A stretch of DNA of 24,000 nucleotides, taken from assembly GCA_013695145.1 (NCBI GenBank), contig JACDBB010000222.1:1-24000 (forward strand). The letters run 5' to 3'. Shown here piece after piece: positions 1 to 9,325 of the stretch. The position numbers and the translations under genes are program-made. Numbering within the stretch: position 1 is the stretch's first letter; the number at the start of each line of letters is the position of its first letter. Origin of the DNA: Euzebyales bacterium (GTDB lineage: Bacteria > Actinomycetota > Nitriliruptoria > Euzebyales > Egibacteraceae). The notes under the pieces were generated by a model. The model made no database searches and was not told the DNA's origin. It saw nothing but the letters and a program-made list of their open reading frames with translations.

Positions 1-155
1 CCGTTGTCCTGGTCGACGACGTCCGCACGACCGGTGGCACCGCACTGGCCGCGGCCGCCGCGCTGCGCACGGCCGGCGCCCGCAGGGTTCTCGTCGCGAC
101 GTTCGCCGTCGCCGGGCAGGACGCGCGCGACAGCACGAGCGGCCACCGAGGGTAG
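1..155 (+). CDS. comF: ComF-family phosphoribosyltransferase-fold protein, C-terminal fragment (5' end outside window)
   Basis: Frame-3 translation VVLVDDVRTTGGTALAAAAALRTAGARRVLVATFAVAGQDARDSTSGHRG* carries the PRTase PRPP loop (VLVDDVxTTGxT) close to the C-terminus, as in ComF/ComFC. It lies in the comF...hpf-secA neighbourhood known from other Actinomycetota and Bacillota. Stop TAG at 153-155. Confidence 0.6.
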   Translation, partial: VVLVDDVRTTGGTALAAAAALRTAGARRVLVATFAVAGQDARDSTSGHRG

Positions 156-195
156 CGGCCACCGGGCCGCGCGCCGACGTCGCTCTTGGAGGGAT

Positions 196-234
196 GGTGC
201 GGCTGAGCGACCGCAGCGGTCATTCAGCCGCACC
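196..234. terminator. Long GC-rich hairpin between convergent comF and permease genes (candidate bidirectional terminator)
   Basis: GGTGCGGCTGA (196-206) is the exact reverse complement of TCAGCCGCACC (224-234). The 17-nt interval holds a second inverted pair, GACCGC/GCGGTC. There is no U-tract on either side. Confidence 0.45.
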
Positions 235-286
235 ACCCGGCGGTCCGTGACAGCCCGGCGCGGCTGCTCACTCGGCCGGGCGGCGC

Positions 287-2605
287 TCATGACGTCCCGC
301 GGGCCTCGACCTCGCGCGACGCATCGCGGCCGAGGTGCAGGTGGTAGGGCACGCTCGTGGTCACCACACCGCGCTCGAACAGCAGGGCGGCCTTGACCAG
401 CAGGGCCGTCTGGTTGTGCAGGGGCTGGTGGTAGGCGTGTTCGAGGACGAACTCCGGCAGGACGCACGTGACGATCGTGTGGCGCCCGTCGGGGACGAAG
501 CGCTGCACGTAGCGCCTGACAGCTCCGCTCAGGCTGCGGAAGGGGCTGTCGATCAGCTCGAGGGGCACATCCACGCCCCAATCCTCCCACTGGGCGAGCA
601 TCGGCAGCCCGTCCCGGTCGGGCTCGAGGTTCACCGACAGCGCCCGGATGGTGGTCGGACGCAGCGCCTGGGCGTAGGCCAGAGCCCGCATCGTCGCCTT
701 GTGCACGCCCGCGACCAGGACGACGACGTGGTGCTCGACCGGCTCCTCCAGCGTGTAGGGGCCGGGCCCGCCCTCGGGCGAGGTGAGGTCGGTGACCACC
801 AGGCCGCCCTCGCGCAGCAGGCGGGCCTTGAGGCGCAGCGCCAGCCGGTGCTCCAGGAGCTGCTGCGCCCACGAGCGTGACAGGGTCTCGGGCACGATCG
901 CGGTGGTGAACGCGCCTGGGCCGTGACGCTCCGCCTCGGCGTGGAGGGCGGTGGCCAGCGCCTCGACCGTGCCCCGCTGGTCCGCCCCCTGCAGGACGCG
1001 GACCGGCACCTCTGGCGCGAGCTCGCGCCAGCGTCGTTCGACATCCGAGCCCGGCAACGGCACGGCGAAAGCCTGCAGCGAGGTCGGTGACGTGGCCAAC
1101 GCGTACGACAGGGCACGCGCCGCGGCCTCGTCGACGCGGTCGAGGAGGACGATGGCGTGGTGGGGGCGACGCGCCTCTGGCTCGGCGACCCCGGCCCGGA
1201 GCTGGAGGCTCACCTCGGCGTAGTGGTTGTGCACCCAGCGCATGCCGAGCACCACCAGCGGGATCGCCAGCACCACGATCCATGCGCCGCTGAGGAACTT
1301 CGTGACGGCCACGACCATCAGCACGACCCCGGTGGTGACCGCCCCGGCCGCGTTCAGGACCGACGCCCGCTGCCACCCGGGCTCGCGGACGCGGCGCCAG
1401 TGCAGCACCATCCCGGCCTGCGACAGGGTGAACGACGTGAACACGCCCACGACGTACAGCTGGATCAGCTCGGTGACGTCCGCGCCGTAGACGACGAGCA
1501 GCAGCGCCGCGAACAGGCTCAGCAGCACGATCCCGTTGGAGAACGCCAAGCGGTCGCCCCGCGACAGGAACTGCCGCGGGAGGAACCGGTCGCGGGCCAG
1601 CACCGACGCCAGCCGTGGGAAGTCCGCGAAGGCGGTGTTGGCCGCGAGAATGAGGATGGCCGCTGTGACCACCTGCACGAGGTAGAAGCCGGGGCCCTCG
1701 CCGAACACCGTGAGGGCGATCTCGGCGACGACCGTGCGCGCCATCCCCTCCGACGCCACCACCCCCGTCGCGCGGGCCAGGTAGCTGATGCCGAGGAACA
1801 TCGAGACCGCGAGGACGCCCATGATCCCGAGCGTTGCGGCGGCGTTGCGGCTCTGCGGGTAGCGGAACGCCGTGACGCCGTTGGAGATCGCCTCGACCCC
1901 GGTCAGGGCCGTCGCGCCCGACGAGAAGGCCCGCAGCACCAGGAACAGGGTGAGCGCGCCCCCTGCCTCCAGACTGGTGCCCGCGCTGGGCGCCTGCGGG
2001 CAGCCGCCGACGCCCAGACCGCAGCGCGCCACGCCCACCAGCACCAGGGTGAGGATGGTCGCGACGAAGGTGTACGTCGGCAGCGCGAACAGCAGCCCGG
2101 CCTCTTTGACCCCGCGCAGGTTGGCCAGCGCCACGAGCAGCAGGAACCCGAGCGCCGCCCCTGCCCTGTGCTCCATCATGCCCGGGGCCGCGGAGGTGAT
2201 CGCCGCCACCCCGGCGGCGATCGACACCGCCACCGTGAGCGCGTAATCGATCAGCAGGGCGGCGCCGGCGACGAGTCCAGGGGTGTCGCCCAGGTTCTCC
2301 CGCGCCACGATGTACGCGCCGCCGCCGTGCGGGTACGCGCGCACGGTCTGCCGGTAGCTCGTGATGACCACGACCATCAGCAGCGCCACCGCCCCGGACA
2401 AAGGCAGCACGAGCGAGAAGGCGCCAGCGCCGGCCAGCGCGAGGACCAGCATCATCTCCTGGGTGGCGTAGGCCACCGACGACAGCGGGTCGCTGGAGAA
2501 CACCGGCAGCGCCATCCACCGCGGCAGCAGCTGGTGGCCCAGCTCGCGGCTCGACCGGGGCCGGCCCAGCAGCGCACGCTTGATCGCGGTGCGAGGACTG
2601 GTCAA
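287..2605 (-). CDS. APC-superfamily permease with ~280-aa cytosolic C-terminal extension (Rv2690c-like / KimA-like putative K+ or amino-acid transporter)
   Basis: Lies in the 899-aa ORF 287-2986. The first 127 codons of that ORF are Arg/Pro-rich and overlap trkA on the other strand, so I placed the start at TTG 2605, preceded by GGAGGG with a 6-nt spacer. The product has many hydrophobic segments and APC-like motifs (FSSDPLSSVAYATQE, FSSGATALTGVEAISNGV). It sits divergently beside two trkA genes, as Rv2690c does beside ceoB/ceoC in M. tuberculosis. Confidence 0.8.
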   Translation of the reverse strand: MTSPRTAIKRALLGRPRSSRELGHQLLPRWMALPVFSSDPLSSVAYATQEMMLVLALAGAGAFSLVLPLSGAVALLMVVVITSYRQTVRAYPHGGGAYIVARENLGDTPGLVAGAALLIDYALTVAVSIAAGVAAITSAAPGMMEHRAGAALGFLLLVALANLRGVKEAGLLFALPTYTFVATILTLVLVGVARCGLGVGGCPQAPSAGTSLEAGGALTLFLVLRAFSSGATALTGVEAISNGVTAFRYPQSRNAAATLGIMGVLAVSMFLGISYLARATGVVASEGMARTVVAEIALTVFGEGPGFYLVQVVTAAILILAANTAFADFPRLASVLARDRFLPRQFLSRGDRLAFSNGIVLLSLFAALLLVVYGADVTELIQLYVVGVFTSFTLSQAGMVLHWRRVREPGWQRASVLNAAGAVTTGVVLMVVAVTKFLSGAWIVVLAIPLVVLGMRWVHNHYAEVSLQLRAGVAEPEARRPHHAIVLLDRVDEAAARALSYALATSPTSLQAFAVPLPGSDVERRWRELAPEVPVRVLQGADQRGTVEALATALHAEAERHGPGAFTTAIVPETLSRSWAQQLLEHRLALRLKARLLREGGLVVTDLTSPEGGPGPYTLEEPVEHHVVVLVAGVHKATMRALAYAQALRPTTIRALSVNLEPDRDGLPMLAQWEDWGVDVPLELIDSPFRSLSGAVRRYVQRFVPDGRHTIVTCVLPEFVLEHAYHQPLHNQTALLVKAALLFERGVVTTSVPYHLHLGRDASREVEARGTS

Positions 2606-2658
2606 GGAGGACCCTCCGCGATCACGTCGACACGCGCCGGGCGGCGCGGGCGTCGCGG

Positions 2659-2665
2659 TATCGTA
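2659..2665. promoter_or_regulatory. Overlapping face-to-face -10-like hexamers in the permease/trkA divergent region
   Basis: GGTATCGTAGG reads TATCGT (2659-2664) on the plus strand and TACGAT (complement of 2660-2665) on the minus strand. Both fit TANNNT. I found no convincing -35 element. Confidence 0.2.
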
Positions 2666-2704
2666 GGCGGCTGGTGCTGGGCCACGGCGAAAGGTGGTAG
2701 GCGA

Positions 2705-3373
2705 GTGCACGCCGTCATCGCGGGTTGCGGTCGGGTGGGCAGCCAGCTGGCCACCGAGCTCGCCGCTTCCGGCAACGACGTCGTCGTGATCGACAAGGAC
2801 CGGCGGGCGTTCCGCCGCCTGCCTGACGATTTCGCCGGGCGCCCGCTGCACGGCATCGTCTTCGACCGCGCGACGCTCGAAGAGGCCGGCATCCGGCAGG
2901 CCCAGGCGTTCGTGGCGGTCACCAGCGGCGACAACTCCAACGTCGTGGCGGCCCGTTCCGCGCGGGACCACTACGGCGTGGAGCACGTGGTCGCCCGCAT
3001 CTACGACCCGACCAGAGCGGCGATCTACGAGCGCCTCGGCATCACGACCGTCGCCTCAGCCCAGTGGACCGTCGAGGAGGTGCTGCGTGCGCTGCTGCCG
3101 GCCGAGGACCGGATCGGCGGTAGCCTCGGCCCAGGTCCCGGCGACGTGGTCCTGCTCACCCTGGCTGTTCCTCACGGCGTCCGCGGGGCGCCGGTCAGCG
3201 CGCTGACCGTGGCGGGCGAGAGCGTGCTCGCCGCGGTCACCCGCGAGGGCCGCACCGCGGTCCCTGTAGCGGCCGGGCTGCTCGAGTCGGGCGACCGCGT
3301 GCACCTGGCCGTTAAGCGCGACGGCGTCGACGCCGTGCGCGCCAGGGTCGCTGCGCTCGCGGTGGAGGCGTGA
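2705..3373 (+). CDS. trkA: TrkA-family K+ uptake regulatory protein (TrkA-N NAD-binding plus TrkA-C; CeoB-like)
   Basis: GTG 2705 is preceded by AAGGTGG. The product starts VHAVIAGCGRVGSQLATELAASGNDVVVIDKD (Rossmann GxGxxG) and is ~222 aa. The upstream part of the 738-aa ORF is antisense to the permease and was discarded. Its stop overlaps the start of the next trkA. Confidence 0.85.
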   Translation: MHAVIAGCGRVGSQLATELAASGNDVVVIDKDRRAFRRLPDDFAGRPLHGIVFDRATLEEAGIRQAQAFVAVTSGDNSNVVAARSARDHYGVEHVVARIYDPTRAAIYERLGITTVASAQWTVEEVLRALLPAEDRIGGSLGPGPGDVVLLTLAVPHGVRGAPVSALTVAGESVLAAVTREGRTAVPVAAGLLESGDRVHLAVKRDGVDAVRARVAALAVEA

Positions 3374-4035
3374 TGAAGGTGCTGGTCGCCGGCGCCGGCA
3401 ACATCGGGCGCTACCTGGCTTCGGACCTCGCCGGCCGGGGCCATGAGGTCACGGTCGTCGAGCAGGTCCCGGAGATCATCGTGCGCATCAGCGCGGCCGG
3501 CGTGCGCACCGTCTTGGGGGACGCCTGCGCCCCGCAGGTGCTGGAGAAGGCGGGCGCCCGCGACGCGGACGTCGTCGTGGCCGCCACCGGCGACGACGAG
3601 GACAACCTGGTCGTCAGCCTGCTGGCCAAGCAGGAGTTCGCGGTGCCCCGCGTGCTGGCGCGGGTGAACCACCCCACCAACGAATGGCTGTTCGACGAGG
3701 CGTGGGGAGTCGACCTGGCCGTCAGCCCGCCGCATCTGCTGACCGCGCTCGTGGAGGAGGAGATCAGCGAGGGCGACGCGGTCTCCATCCTCAAGCTCGA
3801 GCACGGCTCCGTCCACCTCGTCGAGCTCCGGCTGGACGAGCGCTCGCGCGCCGTCGGGCAGCGCGTCGAGGACCTCGCGCTCCCCGCCGACCTCGTCCTG
3901 CTCGCCGTGCTGCGGTCCGGGCACGCGATCGCATGCCGCGACGTCACGCCGTTCGCCGCTGGTGACGAGGTCCTCGCACTGGTCCCCGAGGGACGGCAGC
4001 ACGACCTGCGCGACCTCCTCGTCGGCCCACGCTGA
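3370..4035 (+). CDS. trkA: Second TrkA-family K+ uptake regulatory protein (CeoC-like)
   Basis: Product begins MMKVLVAGAGNIGRYLASDLAGRGHEVTVVEQ (GxGxxG) and is 221 aa. GTG 3370 or ATG 3373 overlaps the upstream TGA (3371-3373), which suggests translational coupling. Confidence 0.85.
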   Translation: MMKVLVAGAGNIGRYLASDLAGRGHEVTVVEQVPEIIVRISAAGVRTVLGDACAPQVLEKAGARDADVVVAATGDDEDNLVVSLLAKQEFAVPRVLARVNHPTNEWLFDEAWGVDLAVSPPHLLTALVEEEISEGDAVSILKLEHGSVHLVELRLDERSRAVGQRVEDLALPADLVLLAVLRSGHAIACRDVTPFAAGDEVLALVPEGRQHDLRDLLVGPR

Positions 4036-4102
4036 GCTGGAGGGTACAGGTGAGCGGAGCTTGCGGAGCGAGCCCTGGAGGGCGGGGATCCAGCTAGTAG
4101 TG

Positions 4103-4456
4103 CTAGGAGTACGGCTCGGCGATCGGGACCCAGGAGGGGTTGCGCATCCGCCGGTCGCCGTCGCCCTCGAACGCGACGGTGCCTTCCAGCCGCAGCCCCC
4201 CGCCGAGCTCCAGCCCGGGGATGTTCGTCCGGCCGGTCCAGGCGGCGATGAGCTCGCCGCTGCCGTCGGAGACCGTGACCTCCAACGCCTTTCCAGGGAA
4301 CAGTCGCACGGCCTCGATCACGCCGATGACGGTGGCCCTGCGGCGCGGCTGGACGTCCGCGATCGGCGTGATGTCAGGGAACTGGGAGCGCCAGCGGCGG
4401 AGGTCGGCGTCGCGCGCGACCGCGGGCTCGACGGGTCGGAGCGCACGCAGGTCCAT
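4103..4456 (-). CDS. OB-fold nucleic-acid-binding domain protein (Rv2694c-like)
   Basis: Internal ATG at 4456 of the 178-aa ORF gives a 117-aa product: MDLRALRPVE...ATVIGVIEAVRLFPGKALEVTVSDGSGELIAAWTGRTNIPGLELGGGLRLEGTV...MRNPSW. This pattern is typical of the small OB-fold protein linked to ceoBC clusters. The upstream 61 codons are Arg/Pro-rich. Confidence 0.7.
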   Translation of the reverse strand: MDLRALRPVEPAVARDADLRRWRSQFPDITPIADVQPRRRATVIGVIEAVRLFPGKALEVTVSDGSGELIAAWTGRTNIPGLELGGGLRLEGTVAFEGDGDRRMRNPSWVPIAEPYS

Positions 4457-4578
4457 CGCGGCCAGTGTCGCACACCGTGGTTGCGCACCGCCCCAAGGTG
4501 GGCCTTGCGCTGGGCGTCGCGAAGGCCGACGATACGCAGTCACGACCGGTCCCGCGCACCGTTCGGCACCGGCCGACC

Positions 4579-4692
4579 GGAAGGAGGGCTGCAGTGCGTG
4601 CTCCGGCACCCCGCCCGCCGGCCGCCACGGCTCCCGCACACTGCGCCTTCCCGCGCCTCACACGACCCCGCGCCAGCCACCTGGGCGGGGTC
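4579..4692 (+). ncRNA. Candidate structured leader or ncRNA upstream of hpf (possible raiA-motif RNA)
   Basis: Nested complementarity: GGAAGG 4579-4584 pairs with CCTTCC 4646-4651. GCAGTGCG 4591-4598 pairs with CGCA(ca)CTGC 4635-4644. CCGGC 4603-4607 pairs with GCCGG 4617-4621. A separate 8-bp hairpin follows at 4664-4692. The position upstream of hpf matches the known raiA-motif context. I cannot verify the consensus from memory. Confidence 0.3.
4664..4692 (+). terminator. Terminator-like hairpin inside the hpf upstream region
   Basis: GACCCCGC (4664-4671) and GCGGGGTC (4685-4692) form a perfect 8-bp stem with a 13-nt loop, followed by GTTCTCGTTCG (partly T-rich). Confidence 0.35.
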
Positions 4693-4745
4693 GTTCTCGT
4701 TCGCGCGGCCCGGTCCGCACATCCGTCGACGAAAGGGAAACGCCA

Positions 4746-5327
4746 GTGGATATCATCCTCAAGACCCGCAACTGCGACGTGCCGGCCCGCTTGAAGGAGG
4801 ACGCCAGGGAACGGGTCACCCACGCGACGCGCATCTACGACCGCCTGCTCGGTGTCGAGATGGTGTTCAGCGAAGAGCCCAATCCCCGCATCGCCGCGCC
4901 CGCGACGGTGGAGGTGACCGCACGAACGAAGGGGCATCACATCCGCGCGGAGGGCGCAGGGGAGGATCACCGCGGAGCCCTCGACATGGCGCTCGGCAAG
5001 TTCGAGGGCCAGCTTCGGCGCTACAAGACCCGGGTTGTCGACCGCCGCCGGGGACGCGGTCGCGGGGTTCCCGCCGCCAACGGCCATGTCGCCGGCGTCC
5101 CCGCCGCACAGGATGCTGCGGCGGAGCTGACGCCCTCGGCGCCGATCGTGCGCACGAAGACCTTCGAGCTGACGGCGATGGTGCCGGAGGACGCCGCAAT
5201 GCAGCTGGAGCTGCTCGGCCACGAGTTCTACCTGTTCCGCAACGCCGCGTCCGGCGCCTGCTCGGTGGTGTACCGACGCAAGGACGGCAACTTCGGCCTC
5301 ATCGAAGCGGGGGGAGTAGGCCGATAG
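4746..5327 (+). CDS. hpf: Ribosome hibernation promoting factor, long form
   Basis: GTG 4746 is preceded by AAAGGGAAA. The product VDIILKTRNCDVPARLKEDARERVTHATRIYDRLLGVEMVFSEEPNPR... has the C-terminal dimerisation domain (...FELTAMVPEDAAMQLELLGHEFYLFRNAASGACSVVYRRKDGNFGLIE). The gene sits upstream of secA, as is usual. Confidence 0.9.
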   Translation: MDIILKTRNCDVPARLKEDARERVTHATRIYDRLLGVEMVFSEEPNPRIAAPATVEVTARTKGHHIRAEGAGEDHRGALDMALGKFEGQLRRYKTRVVDRRRGRGRGVPAANGHVAGVPAAQDAAAELTPSAPIVRTKTFELTAMVPEDAAMQLELLGHEFYLFRNAASGACSVVYRRKDGNFGLIEAGGVGR

Positions 5328-5411
5328 AGTGACAGCGGTGCCCCGCCCTCGTCCGACCGGGCTAGTATGAGCGGCCTGGAAGGCCGCCCCTAGCTGCTGG
5401 AGAAGCGTCCC

Positions 5412-6101
5412 ATGATCGACAGCGAGCGCTCCGACGTCATCCGTGTCCTGGTGGCCGACGACCACGCGCTGTTCCGCCGCGGTCTGGAGATGGTCCTGGA
5501 GTCGGAGGATGACATTGAGGTCGTCGCCGAGGCGAACAACGGTCGTGAGGCCGTCGACCTCGCCACCGAGCACGTTCCCGACCTGATCCTGATGGACGTG
5601 CGAATGCCGGCGGCCAGAGGAATCAACGGCGGGATCGAGGCCACGCAGACGATCAAGGACGCGGTCCCCAACACCAAGATCCTGATGCTGACGATCAGCG
5701 ACGAGGAGGAGGACCTGTACGACGCGATCAAGGCCGGCGCCAGCGGGTACCTGTTGAAGGAGATCTCAATCGACGAGGTCGCCGACGCGATCCGCTCCGT
5801 CCACGCCGGCCAGTCGCTGATCTCACCGTCGATGGCCTCCAAGCTGCTGACCGAGTTCGCCGCTCTGGCCAAGAAAGAGGAGCGGCCGACCATGCCGGCG
5901 CCGCGCCTGACCGATCGCGAGATGCAGGTCCTCACTCTGGTCGCCCAGGGCATGAACAACCGCGATATCGCCGGCGAGCTGTTCATCTCGGAGAACACCG
6001 TCAAGAACCACGTCCGCAACATCCTCGAGAAGCTGCACCTGCACTCCCGGATGGAGGCCGTCGTCTACGCGGTCCGCGAGAAGCTGCTCGAGATCAAGTA
6101 G
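5412..6101 (+). CDS. NarL/FixJ (LuxR-type) two-component response regulator, no adjacent kinase
   Basis: Receiver domain (VLVADDHALFRRGL...DLILMDVRMP...KILMLT) plus a LuxR HTH (LTDREMQVLTLVAQGMNNRDIAGELFISENTVKNHVRNILEKL). ATG 5412 is preceded by GGAGAAG. Confidence 0.9.
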   Translation: MIDSERSDVIRVLVADDHALFRRGLEMVLESEDDIEVVAEANNGREAVDLATEHVPDLILMDVRMPAARGINGGIEATQTIKDAVPNTKILMLTISDEEEDLYDAIKAGASGYLLKEISIDEVADAIRSVHAGQSLISPSMASKLLTEFAALAKKEERPTMPAPRLTDREMQVLTLVAQGMNNRDIAGELFISENTVKNHVRNILEKLHLHSRMEAVVYAVREKLLEIK

Positions 6102-6197
6102 CCGCCCGCCGCCCGCGGGCCCTCGCGGCCGGCCGCCGCCTCGTCCGGGGCTGGCCTACACTGGCGGGCGAAACGTCCTCGTCACCAAAGGCTTGTC

Positions 6198-9035
6198 GTG
6201 GTCCTGTCAAAGCTCCTGCACCTCGGTGAGGGCCGCCGGATCAAGCAGCTGGAGAAGGTCGTCGCCGAGGTGAACGCGCTGGAGGACAGCGTCGTCACGC
6301 TGTCCGATGAACAGCTACGTGCCCGCACCGACGAGTTCAGGCAGCGCCTCGCCGCGGGCGAGACGCTCGACGACCTGCGGGCCGAGGCGTTCGCGACCGT
6401 GCGCGAGGCCGCCAAGCGCGCGCTGGGCCAGCGGCCCTTCGACGTCCAGGTCCTCGGCGGCGCGGCGCTGCACGACGGCGACATCGCCGAGATGAAGACC
6501 GGTGAGGGCAAGACGCTGACCTCGACCATGCCGGTGTACCTGAACGCGCTGGCCGGCGACGGTGTGCACATCGTGACGGTCAACCCCTATCTGGCCTCCC
6601 GCGACGCGGAGTGGATGGGGCGCATCTACCGCTTCCTCGGCCTGGAGGTCGGCCTGGTCTACAGCCAGCAGCCGCGCGAGGAGAAGCGGGCCGCATACCG
6701 CGCGGACATCACCCACGGCACCAACAACGAGTTCGGCTTCGACTTCCTGCGCGACCACATGGTCCTGCGCCCTGAGGACAAGGTGCAGCGCGGCCACCAC
6801 TTCGCGATCGTGGACGAAGTCGACTCCATCCTGATCGACGAGGCGCGCACCCCGTTGATCATCTCCGGTCCCGCTGACCAGGCCACCGAGTGGTACACGG
6901 TGTTCGCCAAGCGGGTGGTGCCGCGACTGTCGAGCGATGAGCACTACGAGGTCGACGAGGGGAAGCGGACCGTCGCCGTCACCGAGGAGGGGGTCAGCAA
7001 GGTCGAGCAGCTGCTGGGCGTCGAGAACCTCTACGAGAGCGTCAACACGCCGCTGATCCACCACCTGCAGAACGCGATCCGCGCCAAGGAGCTGTACCGC
7101 AGGGACGACGAGTACATCGTCGACGACGGCGAGGTGCACATCGTCGACGAGCACACCGGCCGGACCCTGTACGGCCGCCGCTACTCGGAGGGCCTGCACC
7201 AGGCCATCGAGGCGAAGGAGGGCGTGCGGATCAAGGAGGAGAACCAGACCCTCGCGACGATCACGCTGCAGAACTACTACCGCCAGTACCACAAGCTTGG
7301 CGGCATGACCGGTACCGCCAAGACCGAGGAGGGCGAGTTCGCCCACATCTACGACGTCGGCGTCGTCCAGGTGCCGACCAATCGCCCGTTGCAGCGGCTG
7401 GACCAGGGTGACCTCATCTACAAGACGCTGAACGGCAAGCTCGAGGCGGTGCTGGAGGATGTCGTCGCCCGCCATGAGAAGGGCCAGCCCATGCTCATCG
7501 GCACGGTCTCGGTCGAGAAGAGCGAGCACCTGTCCAAGGTGCTCGACCGGCGGGGCATCCCGCACGAGGTGCTCAACGCCAAGAACCACTTCAAGGAAGC
7601 CGAGATCATCGCGCAGGCGGGCAGGATCGGGGCGGTGACGGTCGCCACGAACATGGCCGGCCGCGGTGTGGACATCATGCTCGGGGGCAATCCCGAGTCG
7701 CTGGCCGACACCGATGCCCGGCGCGCCACCGCGGAGGCCGCCGCCGGCCAGGGTGGAGAGCAGGACCCCGAGGTCTACACCGCCGCCTACGCGGAGGCGT
7801 TCGAGCGCATCGTGGCCGCGTGCAAGGCGGAGGGCGACAAGGTCCGCGAGCTCGGTGGCCTGTACGTGCTGGGCACCGAGCGCCACGAGTCCCGGCGCAT
7901 CGACAACCAGCTGCGCGGCCGTTCCGGCCGGCAGGGCGACCCCGGCGAGAGCCGCTTCTACCTGTCGCTGGAGGACGACCTCATGCGGCTGTTCAACGCC
8001 AGCGCCGTCGAGTCGATCATGACGCGCCTCAAGCTGCCCGAGGACGTGCCGATCGAGGCCAAGATGGTCTCCAAGGCCGTCGCGCGGGCGCAGTCGCAGG
8101 TTGAGGCGCGCAACTTTGAGATCCGCAAGAACGTCCTCAAGTACGACGACGTGATGAACAAGCAGCGCGAGGTCATCTACGCACAGCGCGACATCGTCCT
8201 CGGCGGCCCCGACGAGGAGGTCGGCGAGTTCGCAGAGGACTTCATCGAGTCCACCGCGCGCAACGTCGTCGCGACGTTCGCGCCGGAGGGCACCTTCGGA
8301 GAGGAGTGGGATCTCGACGAGCTGTGGTCGGTGCTCGGCGGCATCTACCCCGTGCAGCTGGACAAGGAGGAGGTGGCCGCGAAGGTCACCGAGCTGTCCT
8401 CCTCCGAGCTGACCGAGAAGGTCCTCGACGACGCCATGGCCCGCTATGAGCAGCGCGAGGCCGAGCTCGGCTCGGAGGTCCTCCGCGCCGTCGAGCGGCG
8501 GGTGATCCTGTCTGTCGTGGACCGCGTGTGGCGCGAGCACCTGTACGAGATGGACCACCTCCGCGACGGCATCGGACTGCGCGCGGTTGGCCAGCGTGAC
8601 CCGCTGGTGGAGTACCAGCGGGAGGCCTACGACGCGTTCGCGGGGATGATGGGCCGCATCAAGGAGGAGGCCACCGGCTACTTCTACAACCTGCCGGTGC
8701 AGGTCGAGGCCAAGAAGGAGGAGGCCGGAAGCGGCAACGGCAAGGCGGGCGGCAAGCCCGCTCGCCTCGCGCGGCCCGCGCTGCGGGCCGACGCCCCCAA
8801 GCCGCCGCAGCGGCTGGCCTACACCTCGTCGTCGTCGGCCGGCACCGCACCGGGAAGCGCCTCGTACAGCGTCGGCGCCGGTGCCGGCGCCGGAGGTCCG
8901 AGCCCGCAGCAGGCCGCGGCCTCGGCCGCGAAGGCCGCCACGCAGGAGACAGTCCGCAACGAGGACAAGGTCGGGCGCAACGACCCCTGCCCGTGCGGCT
9001 CGGGTCAGAAGTACAAGCGCTGCCACGGCGCCTAG
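6198..9035 (+). CDS. secA: Preprotein translocase ATPase SecA
   Basis: 945-aa product with MKTGEGKTL (Walker A), [29 protein letters not shown] and the C-terminal zinc motif [17 protein letters not shown] 6198. A TACACT -10-like hexamer lies at 6157-6162. Confidence 0.97.
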   Translation: MVLSKLLHLGEGRRIKQLEKVVAEVNALEDSVVTLSDEQLRARTDEFRQRLAAGETLDDLRAEAFATVREAAKRALGQRPFDVQVLGGAALHDGDIAEMKTGEGKTLTSTMPVYLNALAGDGVHIVTVNPYLASRDAEWMGRIYRFLGLEVGLVYSQQPREEKRAAYRADITHGTNNEFGFDFLRDHMVLRPEDKVQRGHHFAIVDEVDSILIDEARTPLIISGPADQATEWYTVFAKRVVPRLSSDEHYEVDEGKRTVAVTEEGVSKVEQLLGVENLYESVNTPLIHHLQNAIRAKELYRRDDEYIVDDGEVHIVDEHTGRTLYGRRYSEGLHQAIEAKEGVRIKEENQTLATITLQNYYRQYHKLGGMTGTAKTEEGEFAHIYDVGVVQVPTNRPLQRLDQGDLIYKTLNGKLEAVLEDVVARHEKGQPMLIGTVSVEKSEHLSKVLDRRGIPHEVLNAKNHFKEAEIIAQAGRIGAVTVATNMAGRGVDIMLGGNPESLADTDARRATAEAAAGQGGEQDPEVYTAAYAEAFERIVAACKAEGDKVRELGGLYVLGTERHESRRIDNQLRGRSGRQGDPGESRFYLSLEDDLMRLFNASAVESIMTRLKLPEDVPIEAKMVSKAVARAQSQVEARNFEIRKNVLKYDDVMNKQREVIYAQRDIVLGGPDEEVGEFAEDFIESTARNVVATFAPEGTFGEEWDLDELWSVLGGIYPVQLDKEEVAAKVTELSSSELTEKVLDDAMARYEQREAELGSEVLRAVERRVILSVVDRVWREHLYEMDHLRDGIGLRAVGQRDPLVEYQREAYDAFAGMMGRIKEEATGYFYNLPVQVEAKKEEAGSGNGKAGGKPARLARPALRADAPKPPQRLAYTSSSSAGTAPGSASYSVGAGAGAGGPSPQQAAASAAKAATQETVRNEDKVGRNDPCPCGSGQKYKRCHGA

Positions 9036-9325
9036 CGCTGTCCGGCGGCGGGGCTGACCCTCGATCCGGACCGCCTCCGCCCACCCACCCTCCAAGGTCC
9101 GCCGCGAGGGCCAGCGCCACCGCCTGTGCCGCGAGCGGGCCCCGGCCACGGCGAGACCGCGCTTGAGACGTGCATCGGTACGCGGCATACGATCCGACCA
9201 GCAATAGGCGCATAGTCGGAGCGGAGCTTTGGAGTGAGAGTTGGGCCGGTTTCGACTGGTGGCGCTGCGGATACTAGCTACCTGGGGTGCGCGACACGCA
9301 TGGAGGTGCGTGAACTGGTTGTGAA

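Noticed and set aside
1157-2704. N-terminal 516 codons of the 738-aa ORF that ends as trkA
   Set aside because: It is antisense to the permease, and the composition is His/Arg/Asp/Gln-rich nonsense. The Rossmann motif, and a GTG with an RBS, begin at 2705.
2606-2704. Cyclic-di-AMP (ydaO-type) riboswitch upstream of the KimA-like permease; I also considered one upstream of the amidase at 20321-20434
   Set aside because: Both regions are shorter than the riboswitch (~100 nt available), and I could not recognise its conserved pseudo-symmetric core. Only a covariance-model search could settle this.
4036-4102. Direct repeats CTGGAGGG x2 and GCGGAGC x2 between convergent trkA2 and the OB-fold gene
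   Set aside because: These are short repeats in a 67-nt GC-rich spacer with no convincing stem-loop, so probably chance.
4594-4794. Possible uORF: AGGAGG, 6 nt, then GTG 4594, overlapping the hpf start
   Set aside because: The translation (VRAPAPRPPAATAPAH...) is Pro/Ala/Arg-rich, as expected for an off-frame in GC-rich DNA. The SD-like sequence is better explained as one strand of a helix with CCTTCC 4646-4651.
9240-9290. tRNA-like T-arm resemblance (GGCCGGTTTCGACTGG)
   Set aside because: The stem does not pair (CCGGT against ACTGG), and no acceptor or anticodon arms can be drawn.
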